The translations under genes and the position numbers were made by a program. From the NCBI GenBank assembly GCA_020632265.1, contig JACKFW010000001.1, positions 75,785-139,784 on the forward strand: a stretch of DNA of 64,000 nucleotides, written 5' to 3'. Within the stretch, counting starts at the first letter, position 1. Each line of letters begins with the position of its first letter. Positions 50,382-58,988 of this stretch are shown piece by piece. This DNA comes from Pseudomonadales bacterium. Lineage in GTDB: Bacteria > Patescibacteriota > Microgenomatia > UBA1400 > PJMF01. The notes beneath the pieces were generated by a model. That model was not told where the DNA came from, searched no databases, and was given only the letters and a program-made list of their open reading frames with translations.

Positions 50382-51422
50382 TTAGCGAGATCTTCGCAAC
50401 TTCCAAATTGGTTTAAATATCTGATGCAATATTTTTTGTAAGCAATTGCCATGTTTTAACACAAATTTTTGATTATTTTCCCAGCTCATTTGATCGATTT
50501 TATTTTTACCAAACTCATCAGAATTAGTAGACTCATGCACATGAAAAACAACTGCTTTCTCATCAAACAAAACTTTCCAACCTCTTTTTCGAGCTCTAAA
50601 CGACAGGTCTACATCTTCCCAGTAGGCAGGATAAAATAATTTATCAAATCCACCCAAGTGTAACCATTTTTTCCTTGAAAACATGCCAGAACCTCCACTA
50701 ACCCAAGCAGTTTCTCCCGAAATAAAATTATTTGCTTTTGAATGCATAAATATACCTTGCGAAAACCAAAGTTTATTTTTGCCCGACATCTCTCCAGAAT
50801 TATCTTTTTCGTATTCCAAACAACCAACTCCAAAAACATTTTCATTTGAGAAATTAGATAGCAATTGGCTAATTATATTTTTTGTTGGTTTTACGTCATT
50901 GTTTAATAATAAAACATGATCATTATTAGCTAATAAAACACCAACATTAGCAGTAGCGGCAAATCTTAAATTTAGCTGTTGAGAAATTAATTTTATTGAA
51001 AAAGTTTTTGAGCCTGAGTTTGAGACCTCCTTTAGCTTTTCAGATGAAAGAGTTTTCCTATTAGCATTTGGTGCCTCACTTAGTTTCTCACTTGAAATAT
51101 TAATTGATTTTCTAAATGAAATCTTATTTGAATATACCTTGAAATCAATTTGCTTTACGTTGGGATTATAATTTGGCGGAAAATCTTCAATATTAAGGGT
51201 TGTCTTTATCAAATTAAGTTTAAATTTTTTAATTAGCCAGCTCACTGTGTGATCATTGCTACAATCATCCACAATAATTAATTCGTCGCCGTTTCTTAAA
51301 GCAAGCAAGACATCTGGAAGAAAAGTTTTCAATAAATTTTGACCATTGAAGGTAGGAATTACAACTGAGACATGCTGATTGGTTTGTAATTTTTTTTCAA
51401 TTTTTTTATTCATCTTTCTCAC
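50382..51422 (-). CDS. Family 2 glycosyltransferase with a low-complexity Ser/Lys/Asn-rich insertion
   Basis: 346 aa. 'VSVVIPTFNGQNLLKTFLPDVLLAL...ELIIVDDCSNDHT' and 'HVLLLNNDV'. Residues ~70-150 ('...SSEKLSEAPNANRKTLSSEKLKEVSNSGSK...') interrupt the GT-A fold between the N-terminal DxD-bearing half and the C-terminal half. Confidence 0.7.
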   Translation of the reverse strand: MRKMNKKIEKKLQTNQHVSVVIPTFNGQNLLKTFLPDVLLALRNGDELIIVDDCSNDHTVSWLIKKFKLNLIKTTLNIEDFPPNYNPNVKQIDFKVYSNKISFRKSINISSEKLSEAPNANRKTLSSEKLKEVSNSGSKTFSIKLISQQLNLRFAATANVGVLLANNDHVLLLNNDVKPTKNIISQLLSNFSNENVFGVGCLEYEKDNSGEMSGKNKLWFSQGIFMHSKANNFISGETAWVSGGSGMFSRKKWLHLGGFDKLFYPAYWEDVDLSFRARKRGWKVLFDEKAVVFHVHESTNSDEFGKNKIDQMSWENNQKFVLKHGNCLQKILHQIFKPIWKLRRSR

Positions 51423-51503
51423 CCAAATTTTTTTTGATTTTTTGATTATTAATTCTTAACATATTTTTTTCATAGTTTCCCAGTGATAAATTGAGAACGT
51501 TCT

Positions 51504-52583
51504 CTAAAACATTTGCCAAACAATTTCTTCAAACTTACTTTCATCAAAATTTGTTGCGCGATCTAAAACCTTTGAAACATACTGATTATAATCAATATTA
51601 CCATTTATCACTTGCATAGTTTTGATAATACATTCGTCTTTTGTTTCCCACGATAGCTCGGATAATTGATTTCCCAATATTTCAACTTGGCCACCTTTAC
51701 CCAAAACAATCGGAATACATCCCGAAGCCATAGCTTCTAGAGTTGTGATTCCAAAATGCTCAACTTTTTCTGGTTCTTTTTTTTCATCAATGTCAAAACC
51801 GGTGGCGTGCCAATAAATTTTTGATTTTTCAAAGTACTCTATTAGTGTTTCACGTGAAACATCGTTATGAAACTCAATTGGTAATCCGCTCGCTGCCTCA
51901 ACTACTTCGTGAAAATATTCCTTATCTTCAATATTTCCAATAAATATTAACTTCCAGTCTTTAAGTTGATCTGGATACTGATCTATCATTTTTCTAAACA
52001 CTTCCACTAGAACATCTTGTCTTTTGCTATGCAATTGTTTAAAAAATCTACCAACATTTAAAATAATTTTTTCTTTATGTTTATTTGAATTAAATTCTCT
52101 TAAGTTGACTTTTGGATTATGCACAAAATCAATTGTGGTATGCCAGTTATTTTGAATAAATCTCTTAGTAAAAATGGAGTTTGTATTTTTAATATTCCAA
52201 TTTTTTAATTTTAGTCGATCAATTAAGGAATTTTTTCCTACTTTAAATGGAATCTGAATGTGTAAGTTATTTTTTTTAGCCAAACTAAAGAATAGACTCC
52301 CATCTGTTGCATAGTAAAAATAATCAAACTGCTTTGTCCACCACAATTTTTGAAAAAAATTTCCCTTAGGAATTGGAGAAGTAATAAAATTGATTTTTTC
52401 TAATGAATAATTTAAAAAACTCTCATAATCTTTTTTAATTTGAGCAAAGTTTTTGGACTCATTTTTATCAATAGAGATAAAAACATCATGTTTCGATGCA
52501 ACCAATGTTGCAATGTCAAAAAAATGCCTTTCTCCCCCACCAAAGTGCTTTGGAACGTAAGGGGAATAAAAACAAATCTTCAC
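51504..52583 (-). CDS. Family 4 (GT-B) glycosyltransferase
   Basis: 359 aa. 'MKICFYSPYVPKHFGGGERHFFDIA'. C-terminal 'HFGITTLEAMASGCIPIVLGKGGQVEIL' (E-x7-E block). Confidence 0.75.
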   Translation of the reverse strand: MKICFYSPYVPKHFGGGERHFFDIATLVASKHDVFISIDKNESKNFAQIKKDYESFLNYSLEKINFITSPIPKGNFFQKLWWTKQFDYFYYATDGSLFFSLAKKNNLHIQIPFKVGKNSLIDRLKLKNWNIKNTNSIFTKRFIQNNWHTTIDFVHNPKVNLREFNSNKHKEKIILNVGRFFKQLHSKRQDVLVEVFRKMIDQYPDQLKDWKLIFIGNIEDKEYFHEVVEAASGLPIEFHNDVSRETLIEYFEKSKIYWHATGFDIDEKKEPEKVEHFGITTLEAMASGCIPIVLGKGGQVEILGNQLSELSWETKDECIIKTMQVINGNIDYNQYVSKVLDRATNFDESKFEEIVWQMF

Positions 52584-53425
52584 TTTTTCCTTCCTAGATC
52601 ATGCTCGTTTTTCCAAAGAGCTGAGAGTTCTACTTCTTTCTCACTATATCTATCTTGAATTGTAGGATTTTGTTGAAATTCCCATACTTGAATGTAAACC
52701 AATATTCTATTAATTGCTTGAATAACAGCTTCAATTAAACCCTCCATCCCATCTCTATAACCCTTTTTCATAACTGCTCGTCTAAAAAATTCCATCCATC
52801 CTTTACGCACTAGAGTAAAAAATGTTACAGCTGGAATACTAGCTTTATATAATTCAATTGCTTCAACTGGAGTCCAGCTTGCAGTTTTATACAGACCACT
52901 TATAGTATCTCTATGAGTAAAATGAATCAGCTTAGTTTTTAAATCAATCAAATTACCTTTATAAATGGGAGTTTCATGAATATCGCCAGACCAACCCATC
53001 AAATTATCCTTTTTAAATACTCTCTCAAGAACGTCATCTTGCCAACCTCCCCATGATAATTTTTTACCAAAATATGTATTTTCTCGTTTCAATCTAAATA
53101 TTTGAGCGCTATTCGTTTCAATATTTACCATTATTTCTTTGGCCAAAATAGGACTGACTCTTTCATCAGAATCAACATAAATAACCCATTCAGATTTTGC
53201 TCTTTTTAATGCTTCCTCCCTTAATCTGGAAAATGATGAGTGTTTGAATGAAATTACTTTAGCACCATAGCTTTCGGCAATTTCTCTGGTGTCATCGATC
53301 GAACCATCATCAATTACAATTACTTCACTACACCATTTGAGTGAATTAATGCAATTGCCAATCATCTTCTCCTCATTTTTGGCAATAATTAAAGCTGATA
53401 TAGTTGGCTTGATCATATCTGTCAA
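52580..53425 (-). CDS. Family 2 glycosyltransferase (LPS-core-type GT2; paralog of 35963.. and 54552..)
   Basis: 281 aa. 'ISALIIAKNEEKMIGNCINSLKWCSEVIVIDDGSIDDTREIA', 'VIYVDSDERV', 'GGWQDDVLERVF'. Confidence 0.75.
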   Translation of the reverse strand: MTDMIKPTISALIIAKNEEKMIGNCINSLKWCSEVIVIDDGSIDDTREIAESYGAKVISFKHSSFSRLREEALKRAKSEWVIYVDSDERVSPILAKEIMVNIETNSAQIFRLKRENTYFGKKLSWGGWQDDVLERVFKKDNLMGWSGDIHETPIYKGNLIDLKTKLIHFTHRDTISGLYKTASWTPVEAIELYKASIPAVTFFTLVRKGWMEFFRRAVMKKGYRDGMEGLIEAVIQAINRILVYIQVWEFQQNPTIQDRYSEKEVELSALWKNEHDLGRKK

Positions 53426-53576
53426 ATTTATTATACCTTCAAAATGGTTAAAAAAGAAACTATGGAGATTTTAAAAAATCCTAAATTTTCACTAATCATT
53501 CTAAAATAATTTATGCAAAAAATTAGTTTACAATCTGACACATAAATTTATGAAAATATGAAAAAATTATATGAAA

Positions 53577-54509
53577 TTATAAAACTGGCTGTTTACCAAA
53601 TTGAGCAGTCAAAAAGTGAAAAATCCCAAGTCTCTGACGATTATTTCCAAACAGAATATAATTTAGACCCAATCTGAATCCAGCTAGTAGTTGATGCCAA
53701 CCACCATGCTTAAATATAAATATGAATCTATTTCTAGTTTGATAATATTCCTGGACTCCTGATCCAGATCCTCCACTCGAATTAGCATTTTTATGCCAAA
53801 CAATAGATTGAGGTACAAAATGTACTTCATATCCATTTTTTTGTGCTCTAACACTCAAATCAACATCTTCTAAATACAAAAAATATCTTTTATCAAGCGT
53901 ACCGACCTTCTCAAGTACTTCGCGTCTAATAAGCACACTACAACCAGTTGCAAAATCAGATTCCAATTGATTGTCGAAATGTCCTCGATCAACCTCATCA
54001 ACTCCACGATGAAAAGCCACTAAATGGTCCCAATCAATTGAACCACCCGCATACCAAAGTACGTTTCCAAGTTCTTGCTGTGAATACGAATCGACAAAAT
54101 ACTCGTGACCTTTGGCAAAATAAATTTTAGAGCTCATAAGACCTGCTTTTGGATATTTTTCTGCATGATCAATTAATGCTTTTAAAAATTTTGGATCAAC
54201 AATAGTGTCATTATTTAATAATAAAACAAAATCTGAATTATATTTCTCAACACAATAATGAATACCCATATTGTTCCCACCTGTATAACCTAAGTTTGAC
54301 TCGCTTCTAATTACCTCAATATCATTAGTTTTAAGTTTTTTTGGTAAAACAAATGCTTCTTTGGAGCCATTATCGACTATCAAGATCGAAAACTTGAAAC
54401 CACTAGATTTAACTTTCGACAAAGAATTCAGACATTCTAAGGTATCTGGTTGAGAATTATAATTAACAATTACGATTGATATATGTAACACGGTCTTATT
54501 ATACAACAT
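53577..54509 (-). CDS. Family 2 glycosyltransferase (rhamnosyl/galactosyl-transferase-like)
   Basis: 310 aa. 'ISIVIVNYNSQPDTLECLNSL...ILIVDNGSKE', 'VLLLNNDTIV', 'GCSVLIRREVLEKVGTLDKRYFLYLEDVDLSVRAQKNGY'. Confidence 0.85.
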   Translation of the reverse strand: MLYNKTVLHISIVIVNYNSQPDTLECLNSLSKVKSSGFKFSILIVDNGSKEAFVLPKKLKTNDIEVIRSESNLGYTGGNNMGIHYCVEKYNSDFVLLLNNDTIVDPKFLKALIDHAEKYPKAGLMSSKIYFAKGHEYFVDSYSQQELGNVLWYAGGSIDWDHLVAFHRGVDEVDRGHFDNQLESDFATGCSVLIRREVLEKVGTLDKRYFLYLEDVDLSVRAQKNGYEVHFVPQSIVWHKNANSSGGSGSGVQEYYQTRNRFIFIFKHGGWHQLLAGFRLGLNYILFGNNRQRLGIFHFLTAQFGKQPVL

Positions 54510-54551
54510 TAGAAAAATTTAAATATTTCTTCTAAAAAATTATAGCTTTCT

Positions 54552-55502
54552 TCAAAAATACAGTTTTCTTCTAATTTTCCAAAAAAGTTTAATAAAGCCA
54601 GTATTATTTTCCACCTTCCAGTCAGCAATCCAGTAAGCTAACTCTTTTTTAAATTGAGAAATTTCCTCAATTAACTCCTCTTCTTGAGCTTTGTCAGTTT
54701 CTGGAAATCCATTTAAATCCCAAACCTTCATAGCAACAGAAGCCTCAGAAATTGATTGAAGCAAAGACAAGCATAAACCATGACTACCGTCATTAATACC
54801 TCTCTGAGCAAATAGTCTGGATAGTAACTCACTATAAAATTTTTTAAATATAAATTTTGAGTCAATTTGAATATCTTTTGAATCATGAACAAACTCTTTA
54901 GCTTGAATACTACTATAATGATTCATTCTGGTTATATATTGATTAACATGTTGATAATTGTGATGAATAATTGCAATGTCCTTTTGAGCTGGTAATTCTT
55001 TCACTTCACCACTAGTGATAGGTATGGAATGAATATCATCGGACCATTCAACATGACCTTTTCTAAATAATCTCAAAACATGGTCGGGCCACCAACCAGT
55101 TTTTTCAATCCATTTGCCAAATATTAAATTTTGTCTTGGAATGTAATAACAGTCAGCAACTGCTTTTCCAATTTTGTTACCGGATTTTTCCCCACTTTCA
55201 GGGATTTCAGAAATTATATCTAAAATTGTTGTTGCGAGTTTTTTTGGAACTTCCTCGTCTGCATCTAAAATAAATACCCAATCTCCTTTTGCTTTTGAAA
55301 TTGCAAAGTTCCTAGCGGGTTCTACATAACCAACATCATCGTGGGTATATACTTTCTTGGTAAATTTATTTGCAATTAACACCGTATTATCGGTGCTTTT
55401 CATATCTACAACTACAATTTCATCTGCAAACTTTACTGATTGTAATGCTGCTTCAAGCGAAGTTTCTGCATTTTTTGTATTTATCACCACAGAAAGCTTC
55501 AT
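54552..55502 (-). CDS. Family 2 glycosyltransferase (LPS-core-type GT2 paralog)
   Basis: 316 aa. 'MKLSVVINTKNAETSLEAALQSVKFADEIVVVDMKSTDNTVLIA', 'VFILDADEEV', 'TGWWPDHVLRLF'. Confidence 0.75.
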   Translation of the reverse strand: MKLSVVINTKNAETSLEAALQSVKFADEIVVVDMKSTDNTVLIANKFTKKVYTHDDVGYVEPARNFAISKAKGDWVFILDADEEVPKKLATTILDIISEIPESGEKSGNKIGKAVADCYYIPRQNLIFGKWIEKTGWWPDHVLRLFRKGHVEWSDDIHSIPITSGEVKELPAQKDIAIIHHNYQHVNQYITRMNHYSSIQAKEFVHDSKDIQIDSKFIFKKFYSELLSRLFAQRGINDGSHGLCLSLLQSISEASVAMKVWDLNGFPETDKAQEEELIEEISQFKKELAYWIADWKVENNTGFIKLFWKIRRKLYF

Positions 55503-56956
55503 TTGAGACTCCTAACTTCTTGTAAAATTTTATTCCTACCTAATAATAATAAAGTAATTAAATAAACAAAACTAGTCAAGATTAAACCAAATCCAAAATT
55601 CACAAAACCCAATTTCCAGTAATTCATCCCCATCATTCCTACAAGCGACATCATTAAAGCTGCTACAAACTGCCTCCAAACCTGGTCAATAAACTCAATT
55701 GGAATAATTTTCTTCACAAGATAAACTGATAATACTGATGTAAATGAAATTAACAATGCGGCAATTGAAACACCATTAAATCCAAAGTAGTAAATTCCAA
55801 TTGGAGTCAAGATCCAAGTAAGTATGGTCCAAAAGATCATTAACTTTAGAGTTAAATTAATTTTACCAATGGCATTAAGAGTATTTGTTAATGGGGTTGA
55901 AATTGCTCCCCAGGCAATACTCAAACTAAATAAAATTAAACTAAATGCAGCAGGTTCCCACTTATTCCATTTTGGCACTAAACTGATAAATGGAAAAATA
56001 AAAACACTCATTCCTGCTAAAATTGGAAAGATTGCTAAGGTAATAAAAAATAATGATTTTTCAATTGCTTTTTTTAATGCTTCTGTATGCCCTTGCAACC
56101 TTGAAAATGCTGGAAAAGTTATCGCTAGCATATTTTGTACAGTAAGATTGTATGGATACATTGACCAATTTTTTGCCCACTGAATATAACCAAAGTCTCT
56201 TAGAGGTAAAATTAATCCTAAAAATAAGTAAAATAATTGATCTTTAATTCTAGCTAGAAAGTCATTGATTTGAAATTTTACTCCAAACCCAAGTAAAACC
56301 TTGAGGGAATTTTTATCTAGAGCTATGCCAAAAGACCATGGCTGTAAAATTGTCATGACTGCGACACCAACTATCGATCTAGCTACAATAGCATAAGCAT
56401 AAGCTATAGATCCAGAACCAGATAAAGCCATATATATTAGTATCCCGTGAAAAACAATTTGTTCAAAAATTTGTGGCAAAATTAATTTTGAAAAATCCAA
56501 TTTTCTTTCTAAAATAACTGATGGAATAGTTTTAAAAGTTGCAAGTGGGAACGAAATGCCCAGAGCTAATAAAATCCATTTTCCGGTTTCACCAGTTTTT
56601 GCTTGCACAAATCCAGTCAAAAGAATTATCAAAATTATTCCAAAAATAACCCAACTTAAAATTTGCTGAACTGTAAAAGCACTTCGGTAGTCATTCGCAG
56701 TAGGTTCAGAATTCTTTTGAATTAATGAGGCTGCCAAACCTACATCGGAAAAGAAAACTAGAATTCCAATAATTTGGATAACAAAACCATATATACCGAA
56801 ATCTTCAGGTGAAAAATATGAACTAAGGATGAAAATTGATACTAAACCAATTCCTTGAAGTATTAATGTTCTAATAAAATATGAGATCGCTCCTGTGACA
56901 GATTTTTTCTTAACATCTTGAAGATATTCAACTCTCTTAAGTTCTTTGGCGTTCAT
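55499..56956 (-). CDS. wzx: Wzx-like oligosaccharide flippase (MOP superfamily), second copy
   Basis: 485 aa, 12-14 TM. 'ISYFIRTLILQGIGLVSIFILSSYFSPEDFGIYGFV' is the Polysacc_synt N-terminal signature. Confidence 0.75.
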   Translation of the reverse strand: MNAKELKRVEYLQDVKKKSVTGAISYFIRTLILQGIGLVSIFILSSYFSPEDFGIYGFVIQIIGILVFFSDVGLAASLIQKNSEPTANDYRSAFTVQQILSWVIFGIILIILLTGFVQAKTGETGKWILLALGISFPLATFKTIPSVILERKLDFSKLILPQIFEQIVFHGILIYMALSGSGSIAYAYAIVARSIVGVAVMTILQPWSFGIALDKNSLKVLLGFGVKFQINDFLARIKDQLFYLFLGLILPLRDFGYIQWAKNWSMYPYNLTVQNMLAITFPAFSRLQGHTEALKKAIEKSLFFITLAIFPILAGMSVFIFPFISLVPKWNKWEPAAFSLILFSLSIAWGAISTPLTNTLNAIGKINLTLKLMIFWTILTWILTPIGIYYFGFNGVSIAALLISFTSVLSVYLVKKIIPIEFIDQVWRQFVAALMMSLVGMMGMNYWKLGFVNFGFGLILTSFVYLITLLLLGRNKILQEVRSLK

Positions 56957-56989
56957 AAGATCTATCTTCCTTATTATTAATATTCTGGA

Positions 56990-58849
56990 TTAATAATCTT
57001 TCTTAACAATTAAGCTCTCTAATTTTTTCTTTAATAATTTCCTATAATAGCAAATTAAGGTTAACAAAAAAATTATAAGTCCAAACAATGACAAGCGATC
57101 AGAAATGATTCTAATTTTGCTTCCCTTAAATTCTAAACCCACTAAATGATTGCCCGCCTCAACAGGCACAATAATAGTTCCCAATTCTCCAACCTGGTGA
57201 GGAATCACATTACCATCAATTTTAGCTGTCCATCCAGGAAAATCAGCTAGAGCAAATTCAACAAGAGTTAGTTCTTGTGTTTCAACTTCAACCAATTTTT
57301 TTTGTGTCATATCTGCAATGATGCTGAATTTAAAATTACAATTATCTTTAGGTATTACTAATTCATTGCCAGTAAGTGAAGATGAATCGACAGACTCAAA
57401 TTCACAAAGAAACATTTTTCCAACAGGAACATAAGTAAACATAGATTTTTCAGACAAAGGTTCTGATTTCGCTATCGCCATTTGAATTGGTATAAAATCT
57501 GGTAAAGTTTTACTCATTTCTGCTCTAATTCTTTGTGAATCATCATAATATCTTAGGTTGGTCTCTGATAAAAAACCAGCTGGCTGAAAAAATTTCCAGT
57601 TTGAAAAAATAATCACTAAAAGAATTGCTCCAGCAAAAAAGAAACGGTGGAATTTTCCTTTCAAAAATTTTGAATTATATCCAATTACGATTGCTAAAAA
57701 TATTATTGAAGCTGACAACCATCGCCACGGAAATTGAATATATGATAAAAAGCTTAATTGATCCCAAATAAATTTTGATTTATAAACTGACATAAACACA
57801 GAAAACAAAAGCAATCCAAGAAATAAGAAATACAAATTAAATTTCTGAGTTAAAAAAAGATATATTTTTTTAGGATGAATTTTCTTTAAATTACCAGTGT
57901 ATGAATAGAATGATTTAATTAGCAGAATCCCAGAAATCGCTAAACCCATTAATTGTCCAGTCCCTAAATAAAATGAAATGTCATCATTTGGACCAAATGA
58001 AGATCCGCCGTATTGCCAATTATCCTCAAAAAATTGTTTGATGGAAAGAAAATGCAAATTGTAATCAAAATAGGTTGCTAGAACAGTTTGATCAATTCTA
58101 GTAAAACTCTTTTCAGCCAAGGCAGGAATTATATAAAAAGTAGAAATTAAAATGGAAAGTAAATAAGTTCCAGTTAACACCAATAATCTGCTGAACAACA
58201 ATTTAAACCAATTTTTCTCTCCATAAAAACTTATCAGCAAATAAACTGCACTAAAAATAATACTCAAAGGTATAAATATTAGCGATGTTAAATTATGGCT
58301 CAAGAGTAAGGTTATCAATGAAAATAGTAAGGTAATCCAACCATTTTTTTTATTTTTAACGACTAAAATTATTCCATAAAGAATAAATGGTAATACCATG
58401 ACACCCCAAGATTCGCTTACAGCACCTCTTACAAATAAATTTAAAGCTCGATATGGTGCCAAAGTAATTGCGGCTGCAACCACAACTCCCCAAGAACTTC
58501 CAAATAATTCTTTACCTAACTTATAGCCTCCAATCACACTTATTAATGCGGAAATCAAAAACAATGCCTTAATAGAATTAATCAAGGAAAAGCCTAGTAA
58601 GTAAATCAAGCCACCAACATAATAGGGAAGCGGTGCATAAAATTCAAATAACGGCATTCCATAACCATAACCAAAATTTTGACTCCACCTAACTGGAAAA
58701 TGACCATCACTAAGAGCATTTTTCATCTCAACGATTCTAGCTCCCTGAGTATAATCATGAACATAAAAAAAATCATTTCTAAAGAGTGCCCAAGAAGAAC
58801 TCCAAAAAATAATAAGAAGTAATAAGAATATAGTGATTTTCTTAATCAT
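56990..58849 (-). CDS. Polytopic membrane protein, candidate GT-C (YfhO-like architecture); paralog of 3604..5337
   Basis: 619 aa. See the shared N-terminal block under 3604..5337. ~13 TM, a C-terminal extracytoplasmic domain and a terminal TM anchor ('LSLFGLIIFLLTLICYY'). Confidence 0.45.
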   Translation of the reverse strand: MIKKITIFLLLLIIFWSSSWALFRNDFFYVHDYTQGARIVEMKNALSDGHFPVRWSQNFGYGYGMPLFEFYAPLPYYVGGLIYLLGFSLINSIKALFLISALISVIGGYKLGKELFGSSWGVVVAAAITLAPYRALNLFVRGAVSESWGVMVLPFILYGIILVVKNKKNGWITLLFSLITLLLSHNLTSLIFIPLSIIFSAVYLLISFYGEKNWFKLLFSRLLVLTGTYLLSILISTFYIIPALAEKSFTRIDQTVLATYFDYNLHFLSIKQFFEDNWQYGGSSFGPNDDISFYLGTGQLMGLAISGILLIKSFYSYTGNLKKIHPKKIYLFLTQKFNLYFLFLGLLLFSVFMSVYKSKFIWDQLSFLSYIQFPWRWLSASIIFLAIVIGYNSKFLKGKFHRFFFAGAILLVIIFSNWKFFQPAGFLSETNLRYYDDSQRIRAEMSKTLPDFIPIQMAIAKSEPLSEKSMFTYVPVGKMFLCEFESVDSSSLTGNELVIPKDNCNFKFSIIADMTQKKLVEVETQELTLVEFALADFPGWTAKIDGNVIPHQVGELGTIIVPVEAGNHLVGLEFKGSKIRIISDRLSLFGLIIFLLTLICYYRKLLKKKLESLIVKKDY

Positions 58850-58901
58850 TAATTTAATTGTAACTCAAAATCAATAAAAAAACCCATTTTTGCACATTAA
58901 T

Positions 58902-58979
58902 GATAAAATATTCTTTGATAAGATGATAAAATGTTGCTAGATATGATGATAAAATATTGTTTGATAAGATGATAAAATG
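58902..58979. promoter_or_regulatory. 32-nt direct repeat (2 copies, 46-bp period, 1 mismatch) in the divergent promoter region upstream of the LCP gene
   Basis: Copy A 58902..58933 'gataaaatattctttgataagatgataaaatg' and copy B 58948..58979 'gataaaatattgtttgataagatgataaaatg'. Each copy contains 'gataaaat' twice. Copy B ends 10 nt before the LCP ATG at 58989. Confidence 0.5.
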
Positions 58980-58988
58980 GAACCCTAA

